This document shows, in pieces, positions 1 to 9,258 of a stretch of DNA of 64,000 nt. Positions within the stretch are counted from its first letter, which is position 1, and each line of letters opens with the position of its first letter. A model generated the notes under the pieces. It was not told where the DNA came from, did no database searches, and saw only the letters and a program-made list of their open reading frames with translations. The position numbers and the translations under genes are program-made. Source of the stretch: a phage; NCBI GenBank assembly GCA_024673055.1, contig GCA_024673055.1_4537.1. One strand, given 5' to 3'.

Positions 1-1
1 T

Positions 2-310
2 GCTATTGCTATAGCTCCTTTGGTAGATAATGATTTTAATAATTGTAAAAGTAATCTCAAAATCCTAGAAGCTGGAGCAAAGGGTATTCCGATTGTTTGT
101 TCTAAGGTATTACCTTATTTTAACCCTGTAGATGCTCGTGCTGTTGCTTACGCAGAGAACAAAGCAGAATGGCATTACGAAATTGTTAAGCTTCTTCGCA
201 ATCCAAACTATCGGGAAGATCGTGGCTTGTTCTTGGCTGAACATGTTCGAACACATTATAATCTGGCAGATGCAAATGAGTTGCGACGCCAGGTTATTGA
301 AAGTTTGTAG
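2..310 (+). CDS. Glycosyltransferase-like protein, C-terminal fragment (5' end lies outside window)
   Basis: Frame is open from the window edge (no stop upstream of 20). The ~100 aa C-terminus is clearly homologous to the C-terminus of the 318..1262 product (NNxKSNLKILEAGAKG ... VRTHY). Confidence 0.5.
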   Translation, partial: AIAIAPLVDNDFNNCKSNLKILEAGAKGIPIVCSKVLPYFNPVDARAVAYAENKAEWHYEIVKLLRNPNYREDRGLFLAEHVRTHYNLADANELRRQVIESL

Positions 311-317
311 GTGAAGT

Positions 318-1262
318 ATGGGACAAATAATTCTTGACAATCGTAACGGAATCAATTATAGTGTCTGCGATTTCCATAGGGTAGTGCTGCCTTACTCAAG
401 GCAGTTCTCTTCACAACCTAAATACAACGTTTTCGTTTTTAACGGAGTGCCAACAAAAGGTAAAGAGGGCTTTTTAGCCCTTAAAAACCTAGGCTTTAAA
501 ATGGTTATGGATTTGGATGACTCTTTAGTTATTCCAAAAGGACACATGTTAGAAGGTATTTTTGAATCAGGTATTCGTGAACATTTAAAATGGTTTTTAG
601 AGCACAGCGATCTTGTTACAACTACGACACCTGCTTTGCAAGTTGAACTTTCACAATACAATGATAATGTGCACATAATCCCTAATGGACTTCCTTACGA
701 TGAAGGTCAATTTGTGTTGACCCGTGATCGCTACTCCAAAACTCCATTAGTCTGGGCTGGAAGTGAAACACATAAACAAGATTTGGCTATCTTACCTGAT
801 TTTGGTAAAGATCTTACAATATGTGGTTTTCGTAGGGATTCTGAAGTTTTAAGTAGTCGTGAATGGTCTGTAATCAGAGAAAATGTAGCACCAACTTGTG
901 TTTATGAAGGTGTAAGACCATATGCCAACTACATGGAATCTTACGATGGTCATCAAATCAGTCTTGCGCCATTGATTGATAACGTGTTTAATAATGCAAA
1001 AAGCAATCTTAAAATTCTTGAGGCAGGTGCTAAGGGTTTACCTTTGATCTGTTCTCCTCGTGAGAATTATCATACGCAAGAGTTTAAAGATTTGTTATTC
1101 TTTGCTGAAACACCTTCCGAGTGGAAAGATATTACGGAATACTTATTAAGTGCTCCCGATGTTTGCATGGAGAAAGGATTAGCATTAGCTAAGTATGTCA
1201 GGACTCATTATCACATTGATGTGTTGAATGAGCGTCGTAGACTTTTATTTGAGGAGCTATAA
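318..1262 (+). CDS. Putative glycosyltransferase (GT-B / group-1-like), paralog of upstream partial gene
   Basis: 314 aa ORF with a GT-like C-terminal segment (KSNLKILEAGAKGLPLI) and tight operon packing. Family assignment is inferred. Confidence 0.45.
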   Translation: MGQIILDNRNGINYSVCDFHRVVLPYSRQFSSQPKYNVFVFNGVPTKGKEGFLALKNLGFKMVMDLDDSLVIPKGHMLEGIFESGIREHLKWFLEHSDLVTTTTPALQVELSQYNDNVHIIPNGLPYDEGQFVLTRDRYSKTPLVWAGSETHKQDLAILPDFGKDLTICGFRRDSEVLSSREWSVIRENVAPTCVYEGVRPYANYMESYDGHQISLAPLIDNVFNNAKSNLKILEAGAKGLPLICSPRENYHTQEFKDLLFFAETPSEWKDITEYLLSAPDVCMEKGLALAKYVRTHYHIDVLNERRRLLFEEL

Positions 1263-1540
1263 TGATTAACACTTTTGATTTTGAATACACCACTCGTAAC
1301 GGGAAAGCTTTAGTCGTGGAGGTGGATTACTATTATGAAGAGCCTAACCCGCTTTCTCGTGAAAGTGATTGGGATTACCACGGAGGGCTTTTAATTGACG
1401 GTATTCGTTTTTACGAAGGCTCTACAGAAGTTTTTGAAAAAGATTTAAATGTAACTGTAGCAGAAATTGCTTTCCAATTTAGAAAGCACATGGAAGAACT
1501 AGAAGCAGAATATATGATGGAGACTAACGAACCATTTTAA
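1262..1540 (+). CDS. Hypothetical protein
   Basis: 92 aa ORF whose start overlaps the upstream stop (ATAATGA); same-strand operon context. Confidence 0.5.
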   Translation: MINTFDFEYTTRNGKALVVEVDYYYEEPNPLSRESDWDYHGGLLIDGIRFYEGSTEVFEKDLNVTVAEIAFQFRKHMEELEAEYMMETNEPF

Positions 1541-1552
1541 CAGGAGAACAAA

Positions 1553-3331
1553 GTGTCGCACATTATAACTAAATATGGATTTGATGTTGATCTTAGCAAG
1601 GAAGGGCATACAGGTTGTCCGCGCTGCATGAAAAATGGCAAGGATCGCTCTCGTAATAACCTGATGGTTTATGGATTAGATTCTAATGGAGAGCATAAAG
1701 GTGCTAAGTGCTTTGCGTGTGAATACACTATTCCTAGCGTAGAATGGTTACGAGAAAATGGTGAAGTTTTAGAAGAAGAGGAGGAGATTGTGGGTTCGGA
1801 ATTTAATAAACAGATTCATCGTAAAATTGTTCAAGAAACATCAACCAACCCACGTGGTTATCGAGGCATTAAAGAAAAAGTTTCATCTTTCTATGGTGTT
1901 CGTTATGAATACCGTCAGGAAGGGGATCAGATGGTAGTAGAAAGTTGTTTATATCCAACTACTATCGGTAAAGAATTGGTTGGTTTTAAGCGTCGTATTC
2001 ATCCTAAAGATTTCAGTAAACCTATTGGTCAAGTAGGTAAAGATGTAGATCTTTTTGGACAAATTCGTTTTGCAGACCGTTCTCATACTGTGGTAATTAC
2101 AGGTGGTGAACACGATGCTCTGGCAGCTTATCAAATGCTGTCTGAAAACTTGGACAACAAATATGAACTTCCAGCAGTAGTTAGTGGCACAACTGGTGAA
2201 ACCAGTATGTATAAACAAGTTCAGGCACAATATCCTTTTTTTGAAAAATTTAAGAAGATTATTGTTTGCATGGATAATGACAAAGCAGGTAATGAGGCAT
2301 TTGAAAATATTGTTAAGGTGCTGCCTCGTAACAAAGTCTACCGTATGCAGATGGATCTTAAGGATGCCAATCAGTATCTGGAAGAAGGTCGTGCAAAGGA
2401 TTTCGTAAAAGCTTTTTGGAGTGCTCGTCTATACACCCCAGCAGGTGTTTATGCTTCTAATGTCTTGTATGAAGCTGCATTAGAATGCTTGGAATCCAAG
2501 ATGATTACCTTGCCTCCTTTTATGCGTGTTGCTGCAAATATGCTGGGTGGTGGTTTAGTAGAGGAAGAGATTACAGTCATCCTGGCAAAGACCAGTATCG
2601 GTAAAACTTTGATGGTGAACGAGATCACCAAACATATTATTGTTGCGCACCCAGAACATACCCTAGGTATTCTGTCCTTGGAAGCAACTTATAAGAAATA
2701 TTCTCGTAACCTGTTGTCCTCGTTCCTGCATATTCCTCTACACAGGAAAACACCGGAAGAGAAATTTCAAATCTTGGAAGAGAATAAAGAAAAAATCCTA
2801 GATTTTTACGAAAGAGAAGATGGATCACCACGTTTTTATGTATGTGATGATCGTGGAGCAGATGTGGAGTCTATCAAAGAAAAAGTTTTGGAGATGATCA
2901 TCTATTTTGGAGTAACAATTCTTGTTATCGACCCTTATTCTGATTTGCTTTCTGGTATGGATGTTCAAGCCCAGGAAGAGTTAGCAACATGGTTGAAGCG
3001 CATCATGAAAGAGTATGCTATAACTATTATCGTCATCTCACACGTTAAGAAATCGGCTAATGGTGGCAATGAACACTTAACAGAGGACGATGCAATGGGT
3101 AGTAGTTTCTTGGCTAAAGGTGCTGGTATTACCTTGGCTTTGGAACGAGATAAAGCCGCTGAAGACCCTGTAGAACGCAATACGACTCATTGCTTTATCC
3201 TAAAAAACCGTGAGTTTTCGGAAACTGGTCCGGCAGGGCAGTTTTACTATGACATTAGAACTGCAACTCTGCATGACAAAGAGCAGTATTTCAACAATCC
3301 TGCTAATTTGCCTACGGATAGCAACTATTAA
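1553..3331 (+). CDS. DNA primase/helicase (T7 gp4-like)
   Basis: N-terminal Cys4 zinc ribbon (CPRC...CFAC), TOPRIM-like segment (VVITGGEHDALAAY), DnaB-type Walker A (ILAKTSIGKT) and Walker B (LVIDPYSDL). GTG start preceded by CAGGAGA. Confidence 0.85.
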   Translation: MSHIITKYGFDVDLSKEGHTGCPRCMKNGKDRSRNNLMVYGLDSNGEHKGAKCFACEYTIPSVEWLRENGEVLEEEEEIVGSEFNKQIHRKIVQETSTNPRGYRGIKEKVSSFYGVRYEYRQEGDQMVVESCLYPTTIGKELVGFKRRIHPKDFSKPIGQVGKDVDLFGQIRFADRSHTVVITGGEHDALAAYQMLSENLDNKYELPAVVSGTTGETSMYKQVQAQYPFFEKFKKIIVCMDNDKAGNEAFENIVKVLPRNKVYRMQMDLKDANQYLEEGRAKDFVKAFWSARLYTPAGVYASNVLYEAALECLESKMITLPPFMRVAANMLGGGLVEEEITVILAKTSIGKTLMVNEITKHIIVAHPEHTLGILSLEATYKKYSRNLLSSFLHIPLHRKTPEEKFQILEENKEKILDFYEREDGSPRFYVCDDRGADVESIKEKVLEMIIYFGVTILVIDPYSDLLSGMDVQAQEELATWLKRIMKEYAITIIVISHVKKSANGGNEHLTEDDAMGSSFLAKGAGITLALERDKAAEDPVERNTTHCFILKNREFSETGPAGQFYYDIRTATLHDKEQYFNNPANLPTDSNY

Positions 3332-3350
3332 GGGCTTCGGCCCTTTTATT
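3331..3350 (+). terminator. Rho-independent terminator after primase-helicase
   Basis: Hairpin GGGC-TTCG-GCCC followed by TTTTATT immediately after the stop codon. Confidence 0.55.
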
Positions 3351-3361
3351 AAAAATACCTG

Positions 3362-3390
3362 TTGACAACTTTACGGAAGGGACTTATACT
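3362..3390 (+). promoter_or_regulatory. Sigma70-like promoter
   Basis: TTGACA, 17-bp spacer, TATACT; followed by an RBS (AGAGGAG) and ATG at 3423. Confidence 0.55.
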
Positions 3391-3422
3391 TGTCTCATCA
3401 ACCAAACAAGAGGAGAAGTAAA

Positions 3423-3854
3423 ATGCGTATGACAATCGATCTGAATGCAAAAGTTAAAGCTGCTGGTGCTCTGGGTGCTGGTGTTATTAAACACAAACAA
3501 GCGTTGGCATTTGCCATCCCACATATGATTGTTGAGGATCATCCTGAAGAGTTTGCTGTAAAAGTTGTTGAGAATAATGTCTCTGTTATTGAACATCTTC
3601 CAACTGGACGTTCTTACCGTGTTGTTTCTTCTAAAGGTTTCCGTTTCGATGTAAGCCCTTCTTTCACAAAAGGTGCTGGTCGTAGTAAAGTGGGTATTCT
3701 TTCTTACAAATATTATATCGATAAAGTTGCAGATGGTGTTGCCTTCTGTCGTGTAAGTGAAGGTAAAGTAGATATCATCTTTAAAAATACCAAAAACATG
3801 GTTATTTCTGACGATGGTAAAGTTGACCTCACTATTGAGTTCGCTAACAACTAA
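3423..3854 (+). CDS. Hypothetical protein
   Basis: ORF track frame 3390..3854; the ATG at 3423 with an upstream AGAGGAG RBS is preferred because the track start overlaps the -10 box. Confidence 0.5.
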   Translation: MRMTIDLNAKVKAAGALGAGVIKHKQALAFAIPHMIVEDHPEEFAVKVVENNVSVIEHLPTGRSYRVVSSKGFRFDVSPSFTKGAGRSKVGILSYKYYIDKVADGVAFCRVSEGKVDIIFKNTKNMVISDDGKVDLTIEFANN

Positions 3855-3863
3855 GGAGGACTA

Positions 3864-4658
3864 TTGAGCAAGTTGAACACACTTGATCAATATTACACTA
3901 ACCCCGCTTATGCGGGGTTCTTATGTGATAAGATCAAAGAAATTTTTGGAGAGGAAGCTAACTACGTAGAACCATCTGCGGGAGAAGGAGCTTTCTCTTC
4001 TTGTTTTAAAAACATAACTTCTTTTGATATTGACCCTAAGTTTGAAGATTGTATTGAGGCAGATTTTTTAGCTCAATCTGTTGAGTCTGTTGGTAGTGTA
4101 ACTGCTTTTGTCGGTAATCCCCCGTTTGGAAAAAATGCTAGTCTTGCCATTAAGTTCTTTAACCATTGTGCTGAAATGTTGGATAACGAAGGTGGTATTT
4201 GTTTTATCTTGCCTCGCACATTTCAAAAAATCTTTTTTGCACACAAACTAAATCCCCACATGCATCTTCTTTACGAAGAAGAATGTCCAAAAGGATCTTT
4301 TATTCTTCATGGAGAACCTTGGGATGTTCCTTGCGTATTCCAGATATGGATTAAACGCAATGAGAAGCGTTCTCCCGTTGTTTTAGGAGAGAATCGACTG
4401 TTCGTATTAGGTAACAGTAAAGACTACGATATAGCCGTTAGGAGAGCGGGAGCAAGTGCAGGTAAAGTGTTATCAGAAGAAGATTCTTTATCTGAAGCAT
4501 CCACCTATTTTTTAAAAGCCTTGACTTCTGATCTTAAAACGCGTATCATTGAGGCTTACCCGTTACTTAAAGCTGAAGCTAGTAAAACTGCGGGAGTAAG
4601 AAGTTTAAGTTTAAAAGAACTTCAGTGGGTTCTGGAGAACATTAGAAAGGAGGAATAG
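3864..4658 (+). CDS. DNA N6-adenine (or N4-cytosine) methyltransferase
   Basis: SAM-binding motif I (VEPSAGEGAF) followed closely by catalytic motif IV (GNPPFGKN); motif order I then IV suggests gamma-class. TTG start after AGGAGG. Confidence 0.8.
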   Translation: MSKLNTLDQYYTNPAYAGFLCDKIKEIFGEEANYVEPSAGEGAFSSCFKNITSFDIDPKFEDCIEADFLAQSVESVGSVTAFVGNPPFGKNASLAIKFFNHCAEMLDNEGGICFILPRTFQKIFFAHKLNPHMHLLYEEECPKGSFILHGEPWDVPCVFQIWIKRNEKRSPVVLGENRLFVLGNSKDYDIAVRRAGASAGKVLSEEDSLSEASTYFLKALTSDLKTRIIEAYPLLKAEASKTAGVRSLSLKELQWVLENIRKEE

Positions 4659-7600
4659 TGAGTAAGTTTACATGGGATATTGAAGCAAACGGATTGTTGA
4701 ATAATGACACTATTGATTATTTAGCTAGTCCTTATCGTCTCAAAGACACATTTCAAATGCACTGTATTGTCTTAGAGAACCATGAAACAGGAGAAATAGT
4801 AGCTTTCCACGATGGCCCTAAATACATCTTTGATGGGCGTCCTTATGAAGAGTCAGATGGTAAATACACATATGTTCTTAAAGAGTATGTGGCGCAAGAT
4901 TACACACATTTTCAACTAAAAGATTTCCCAGACTTTATTAATCATGAAGGTTATTTTAAAGATAAGCCTGAATATCTGGTTGAAATGGCTGTGGCTCACA
5001 ACGGTATCAACTACGACTGGTTGGCTACAAAACTGTTTTATGGCTTAGATTACAGTGTTAAATATAACACGTGGGGCAAAAATAAGGTAAAACTTATTGA
5101 CTCCTTGATTTTGAGTAAAGTGTTAAACCCAGATCGAAAGATTGAGGGCAAATCAGGACATAGTTTGGCAGCACTTTCTCGAAAGGCAGGTGGTGATGTA
5201 AAAATAGATTTCCGTAAAGAGATTCCAGAAGAAGATCGATTTAAGACTTTTGCTGCGGATATGCTTTATTACTGTATTTATGACAACAAAGCCAATACGA
5301 GCGTATATAATTACCTTATGGAAGAATGGGGCGATTATGATAAATGGGAAGGTCCATTTGAACTTGAACAACGTGTAGCAGACATTATTACACGCCAGGA
5401 ACACCGTGGGTTTGCTTTTAACATGAAGCAAGCAGAAGAGAACCTTGCTTTTTTGGATGCAGAAATGGAGCGTCTTCGTTTACTCGTTGAGCCTATTTTG
5501 CCACCTAAACCAGCAACAAAAGGTTATCTTAAGGCTTTTATTCCACCTAAGTTGCAAATTAAAAAGAACTTAGAGCCAACTAACCATATGATCAATTTTG
5601 CTAAGAAACATGATGGTCATTTGGAAGAGAGGGATGGCGATTGGTGGTTAGTTATGTTGGGGAAAGAGTGGAAACTGCCAGTTGCAGCAGATGAGCCTCT
5701 ATGTGATCCTAACATTCCTGCAACATTGAACGATACAACCCATATTAAAAACTGGCTCGTAGGATTAGGTTGGGTACCGTCTGAATATAAAGATAAAGAC
5801 TTGACGCTTAAATCTGGCACCAAAATTAAAAAGAGCGAGGAAGAACTTCAGAAAGGTATTAGAGCTTACGTTGAGCAAACTCTATCTTCTAATTTTTGTC
5901 AGGATCGTTGTGATCATCTGGAGTGCACACCGGAAACTTTGGAAAGGAAGATTCAAGAGCGTATAGCAAAAGGTAAAGGTCGCGGTCTTAAAGTATTGAC
6001 TAACCCATGTTTTACCAAAGGTCAGGAAAAAGAAATTTGTCCTAACCTGCAAGCTTTGGGTGAGAAATTTCCTTATGCTACACAGATTGTAGAATACTTA
6101 ACGTATAAGCATCGTAGGAACTCTATTTTAGGTGGCGGTGCTGATTGGGAAGAAGATGAAGAAGATCAAGAATACGATAAAGGTTTCTTAGCCGCAGTAA
6201 GGGCGGATGGGCGTATTCCTACACCAGCCGCTACATGTGATGCTGCAACCTCTCGTATGAAACATAGATCTGTAGCTAATATTCCTCGTGTCACATCTTT
6301 GTTTGGATGGGAGATGCGTAACTTGTTTGGTGTAGAGGTTCCTAAATACTTCCAGATTGGCTACGACTTCGACTCTTTGGAAGCAAAAATTGAATCGCAT
6401 TACTGTGTGCCGATGGATGCTCAAGCTTTGACTCGTAAAGGTTGGGTAGGATATCACGACCTGAAGGAAGGGGATGAGATTTTAGGGTACAATGCTGAAA
6501 CAGGTCTGAAAGAATGGACTAAAGTAAAAGGTAAGGTCTTCTATAAAAATAGTAAGACGTTTGAGATTAAAGGGAAATCACACACTTACCGTGCAACAGC
6601 AGATCACCGTTGGTATGTTAATACCCGTAGTAAAGGGAATACTTATGTGCCTAAAGTCAGAACAACTGCCGAGCTTTGCACAGGAGATAACATTATTTGT
6701 AATGCTCCATTTAACATGGAACAAGATCAGGTAAATAGTTTAACTTCTGTTCAACAGGGTAAATGGGATGTTCCGTGGGTAGAACGTGTAGTTAATATGT
6801 CTCATGCCGAGCGTGTAGCTTTCTTGGAAGGTTTCTTGATTGCAGATGGTTACTGGCACGAACATAAACAAAAACCTGTTTGGCGTTGGGCGCAGAACCC
6901 AGGTGAACTTTTTGAAGCAGCTTTAACTGCCTCGTACCTGGTGCATGGAGGCAATATCTCTGTAGCTTTCAATACAAAAGAGCAGAAAGTAAAAGTGGCA
7001 ACATTGACTAACCGCTCTCACATTCCTGTTCAAAGTTTGACTATTGAAGAGTGGGGTGTAGAAGATGTTTGGTGTCCACAAACAGAACTTGGTACGTGGG
7101 TCATGCGTCAGAAAGACTGCATTACCATCACAGGAAACTGTTGGCGGTACGAGCCGGAGCCACACGAATATTGTAACGCTCTGTTGTTAGAGAAACCTAA
7201 TGATGTTCACACAATGATGGCAAAACGTATCACTGAAACTATTGGACGTAAATTTGAACGTAGTCCTGCTAAATCTGTTAAGTATGGTATTACCTATGGT
7301 GCACAAGCCGACAAGGTTGCTAAAACAATTGGTAGCGACAAGTTTACAGGTCAATTGGTGTTCGATGCTTTCTGGGAAGCTGCATTCCCATTGGCGCGTC
7401 TTAAAGAACGTTTAAACGATTTCTGGGTTAAGACTGGTAAACAATATGTTTTGGGTATTGACGGTCGTAAGGTTCCTACTCGTTCTGCTCACGCGATTCT
7501 TAACTCTCTGTTCCAAAGCGGTGGGGTTATCTGTGCTAAACGTGCAATGGTTATTTATGATGACATGATCGAAGAAGAAGGGCTAAGTGTTGACTTCTTT

Positions 7601-7990
7601 AAAGATGACTGGAAGAATAAAGACTTCGTGCAACAAATGATTGCATATCACGATGAAGCCCAGCTTGAAGTTTCTCGTAACCTTGTAGAATTCAAATGGT
7701 TTTCACCGGAATCATTAGGTTGGAAGAAAGTAGACGATCCTGAAGAACAAAAGAAAATTGATAAAGAATGCCTTGCTAAAGTTGAAGAATGGAAGCATAA
7801 TAAGGAAAAAGAGACAGGGCAAATTTGGGCTAACATTCATGAATCTCCCAAAGGTGGATGGTTTACAGCTTATAGTCGGGCAGGTGAACTTGCTGCTTTA
7901 GCTGTTACTAAGGCTGGAGAATTTTACAATCTTAATGTTCAGCTTACTGCTGGATATGACGTGGGGAATTCCTGGGCCAGTTGTCACTGA
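4658..7990 (+). CDS. DNA polymerase, family A with 3'-5' exonuclease domain, interrupted by an intein
   Basis: Exo I (DIEANGL), Exo II (HNGINYDW) and Exo III (YYCIYD) motifs. Pol motif A (DFDSLEAKIESHY) is separated from motif B (KSVKYGITYGA) by a 245 aa insert with intein and LAGLIDADG signatures. Confidence 0.9.
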   Translation: MSKFTWDIEANGLLNNDTIDYLASPYRLKDTFQMHCIVLENHETGEIVAFHDGPKYIFDGRPYEESDGKYTYVLKEYVAQDYTHFQLKDFPDFINHEGYFKDKPEYLVEMAVAHNGINYDWLATKLFYGLDYSVKYNTWGKNKVKLIDSLILSKVLNPDRKIEGKSGHSLAALSRKAGGDVKIDFRKEIPEEDRFKTFAADMLYYCIYDNKANTSVYNYLMEEWGDYDKWEGPFELEQRVADIITRQEHRGFAFNMKQAEENLAFLDAEMERLRLLVEPILPPKPATKGYLKAFIPPKLQIKKNLEPTNHMINFAKKHDGHLEERDGDWWLVMLGKEWKLPVAADEPLCDPNIPATLNDTTHIKNWLVGLGWVPSEYKDKDLTLKSGTKIKKSEEELQKGIRAYVEQTLSSNFCQDRCDHLECTPETLERKIQERIAKGKGRGLKVLTNPCFTKGQEKEICPNLQALGEKFPYATQIVEYLTYKHRRNSILGGGADWEEDEEDQEYDKGFLAAVRADGRIPTPAATCDAATSRMKHRSVANIPRVTSLFGWEMRNLFGVEVPKYFQIGYDFDSLEAKIESHYCVPMDAQALTRKGWVGYHDLKEGDEILGYNAETGLKEWTKVKGKVFYKNSKTFEIKGKSHTYRATADHRWYVNTRSKGNTYVPKVRTTAELCTGDNIICNAPFNMEQDQVNSLTSVQQGKWDVPWVERVVNMSHAERVAFLEGFLIADGYWHEHKQKPVWRWAQNPGELFEAALTASYLVHGGNISVAFNTKEQKVKVATLTNRSHIPVQSLTIEEWGVEDVWCPQTELGTWVMRQKDCITITGNCWRYEPEPHEYCNALLLEKPNDVHTMMAKRITETIGRKFERSPAKSVKYGITYGAQADKVAKTIGSDKFTGQLVFDAFWEAAFPLARLKERLNDFWVKTGKQYVLGIDGRKVPTRSAHAILNSLFQSGGVICAKRAMVIYDDMIEEEGLSVDFFKDDWKNKDFVQQMIAYHDEAQLEVSRNLVEFKWFSPESLGWKKVDDPEEQKKIDKECLAKVEEWKHNKEKETGQIWANIHESPKGGWFTAYSRAGELAALAVTKAGEFYNLNVQLTAGYDVGNSWASCH
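6404..7138 (+). mobile_element. Intein with LAGLIDADG homing-endonuclease-like domain, inserted after Pol motif A
   Basis: Insert begins with Cys (CVPMDAQALTRKGW...GDEILGYN, block A-like), has a TxxH block B (TADHRWYV) and a LAGLIDADG-like motif (FLEGFLIADGYW), and ends ...ITGN with Cys at +1. The flanks rejoin into a contiguous Pol A motif region. Confidence 0.7.
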
Positions 7991-8009
7991 TCTAACGTAT
8001 TGTTTTATA

Positions 8010-8030
8010 AGGGGCTTCTGCCCCTTTATA
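8010..8030 (+). terminator. Terminator-like hairpin after DNA polymerase
   Basis: GGGGC-TTCT-GCCCC followed by TTTATA; the T-tract is short. Confidence 0.45.
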
Positions 8031-8039
8031 GGAGAAGAT

Positions 8040-8231
8040 ATGAGTTACGATTTAGATTGTTTTGGTATGCCTTATCTACCAGATGAATTTGAAGGTGAAG
8101 AAGAACGTGAATGGGACGATGGGGATATCCGTTGTTGGTCTTGTGGCAAAGATATGTCTTATGAACAACATATGCACAATGATGGTTTCTGCATACATTG
8201 TTATAATGAAATTGATCTGGAGGAAGATTAA
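8040..8231 (+). CDS. Small acidic Cys-rich (zinc-ribbon-like) protein
   Basis: ATG at 8040 after AGGAG. CxxC...CxxC pattern (CWSCGK...CIHCYNE) in an Asp/Glu-rich protein. Confidence 0.5.
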   Translation: MSYDLDCFGMPYLPDEFEGEEEREWDDGDIRCWSCGKDMSYEQHMHNDGFCIHCYNEIDLEED

Positions 8232-8398
8232 TGGGAAATGGTATCATGATTTGCTATAAAATTGTGCGTATTGTCGGAGACGAAATTACCACTCGGTATT
8301 TTATGATAGAGTCTCAAGCCGATGAGGTTTACAATGACTGGCTTGAAAAAGGTGGGTACGATTTTGTATCTAAAGAAACTTTCCGTTTAGAAGTATAA
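8231..8398 (+). CDS. Hypothetical small protein (56 aa)
   Basis: ORF not in the track (below 60 aa). Start overlaps the upstream stop (TAATG) and it fills an operon gap. Confidence 0.35.
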   Translation: MGNGIMICYKIVRIVGDEITTRYFMIESQADEVYNDWLEKGGYDFVSKETFRLEV

Positions 8399-8408
8399 GG
8401 AGAAAACA

Positions 8409-8627
8409 ATGCGTAAATTAGTGAGCTTTAATGTTTCAATTTTTGTTGATGAACAAAATGAAGATGTTATTAAGGGTCTTGCAAATAAGATTGCAGGTGG
8501 AATGACGGAAGCTGAAGTGTGGGAAGAATGTGCTCGACTTTATGAGGAAGGTGTTATTGAGGTCTTGGGGGATGAGATTAATATGGACGATGTTGTAAAA
8601 GTAACTGTGGAGCGTATCAATGACTAA
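8409..8627 (+). CDS. Hypothetical protein
   Basis: 72 aa ORF preceded by a GGAGAAAA RBS. Confidence 0.5.
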   Translation: MRKLVSFNVSIFVDEQNEDVIKGLANKIAGGMTEAEVWEECARLYEEGVIEVLGDEINMDDVVKVTVERIND

Positions 8628-9213
8628 ATCAAAACAAATCAATATTGCCAAAGAAATTCTTACCGTATTAAAGATCGCTGATCCTAATTCTGTCTTGGCT
8701 GGCGGTGCTGTTCGTGATTGGCGTATTCTTGATATTGCTGGACGTGATCTGGATTTCTATACATCCCTTCCTGCACATCGGACTGAAGAACAAATACAAG
8801 GATTAATTGCATCTGCTTTAATGGGAACCAATATTCGTAAACTAGGAAACAAAGAGGCTTCTGACAATTATGAAGGTGTTACTGGTCTTAAACACGTTTT
8901 TGAGTTTGAACGTGATGGTCAGCTTTGCAACCTTATGATTATGGAACCAAGCGTAATGACAACCTTTCTAAATGAGTTCGATCTGTCCATCTGCCAAGCT
9001 GCATTTGATGGGAAGGATTGTTATTATTCTAAAGATTTTGAAACAACCTTGGAAACAGGGATCTGCTTCTTGCACAAAGACGTTAGAGAAGATGCCAAAC
9101 ACGTTATTAAAATTGCTACACGTTTCCCATATCTTCGTTTTGTGAAAGAGGTTAAGGTTCCACGTCCACCTCAAGTAGATACCAGATTGGAAGAAGATGA
9201 TATTCCTTGGTAA
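8620..9213 (+). CDS. Pol-beta superfamily nucleotidyltransferase (CCA-adding / poly(A) polymerase head-domain-like)
   Basis: GGAVRD motif followed by DxD (LAGGAVRDWRILDIAGRDLDFY). The C-terminus ends EEDDIPW, resembling the SSB tip DDDIPF. Confidence 0.6.
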   Translation: MTKSKQINIAKEILTVLKIADPNSVLAGGAVRDWRILDIAGRDLDFYTSLPAHRTEEQIQGLIASALMGTNIRKLGNKEASDNYEGVTGLKHVFEFERDGQLCNLMIMEPSVMTTFLNEFDLSICQAAFDGKDCYYSKDFETTLETGICFLHKDVREDAKHVIKIATRFPYLRFVKEVKVPRPPQVDTRLEEDDIPW

Positions 9214-9220
9214 TTAAAGC

Positions 9221-9250
9221 TTGACAATATTAAACATTTTATGATAGGAT
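9221..9250 (+). promoter_or_regulatory. Candidate sigma70-like promoter
   Basis: TTGACA, ~18-bp spacer, TAGGAT, upstream of the ATG at 9259. Confidence 0.35.
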
Positions 9251-9258
9251 AGCATTCA

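Noticed and set aside
20-310. Track ORF 20..310 read as a complete 96 aa gene
   Set aside because: The frame is open upstream to the window edge and the product matches only the C-terminal part of the downstream paralog, so it is the 3' end of a longer gene starting outside the window.
3864-4658. Phage methyltransferase as a Dam (GATC) methylase linked to the GATC-rich region at 53431-53632
   Set aside because: Motif order (motif I closely followed by NPPF) suggests a gamma-class enzyme rather than alpha-class Dam, and specificity cannot be read from sequence; the link is kept only as a hypothesis to test.
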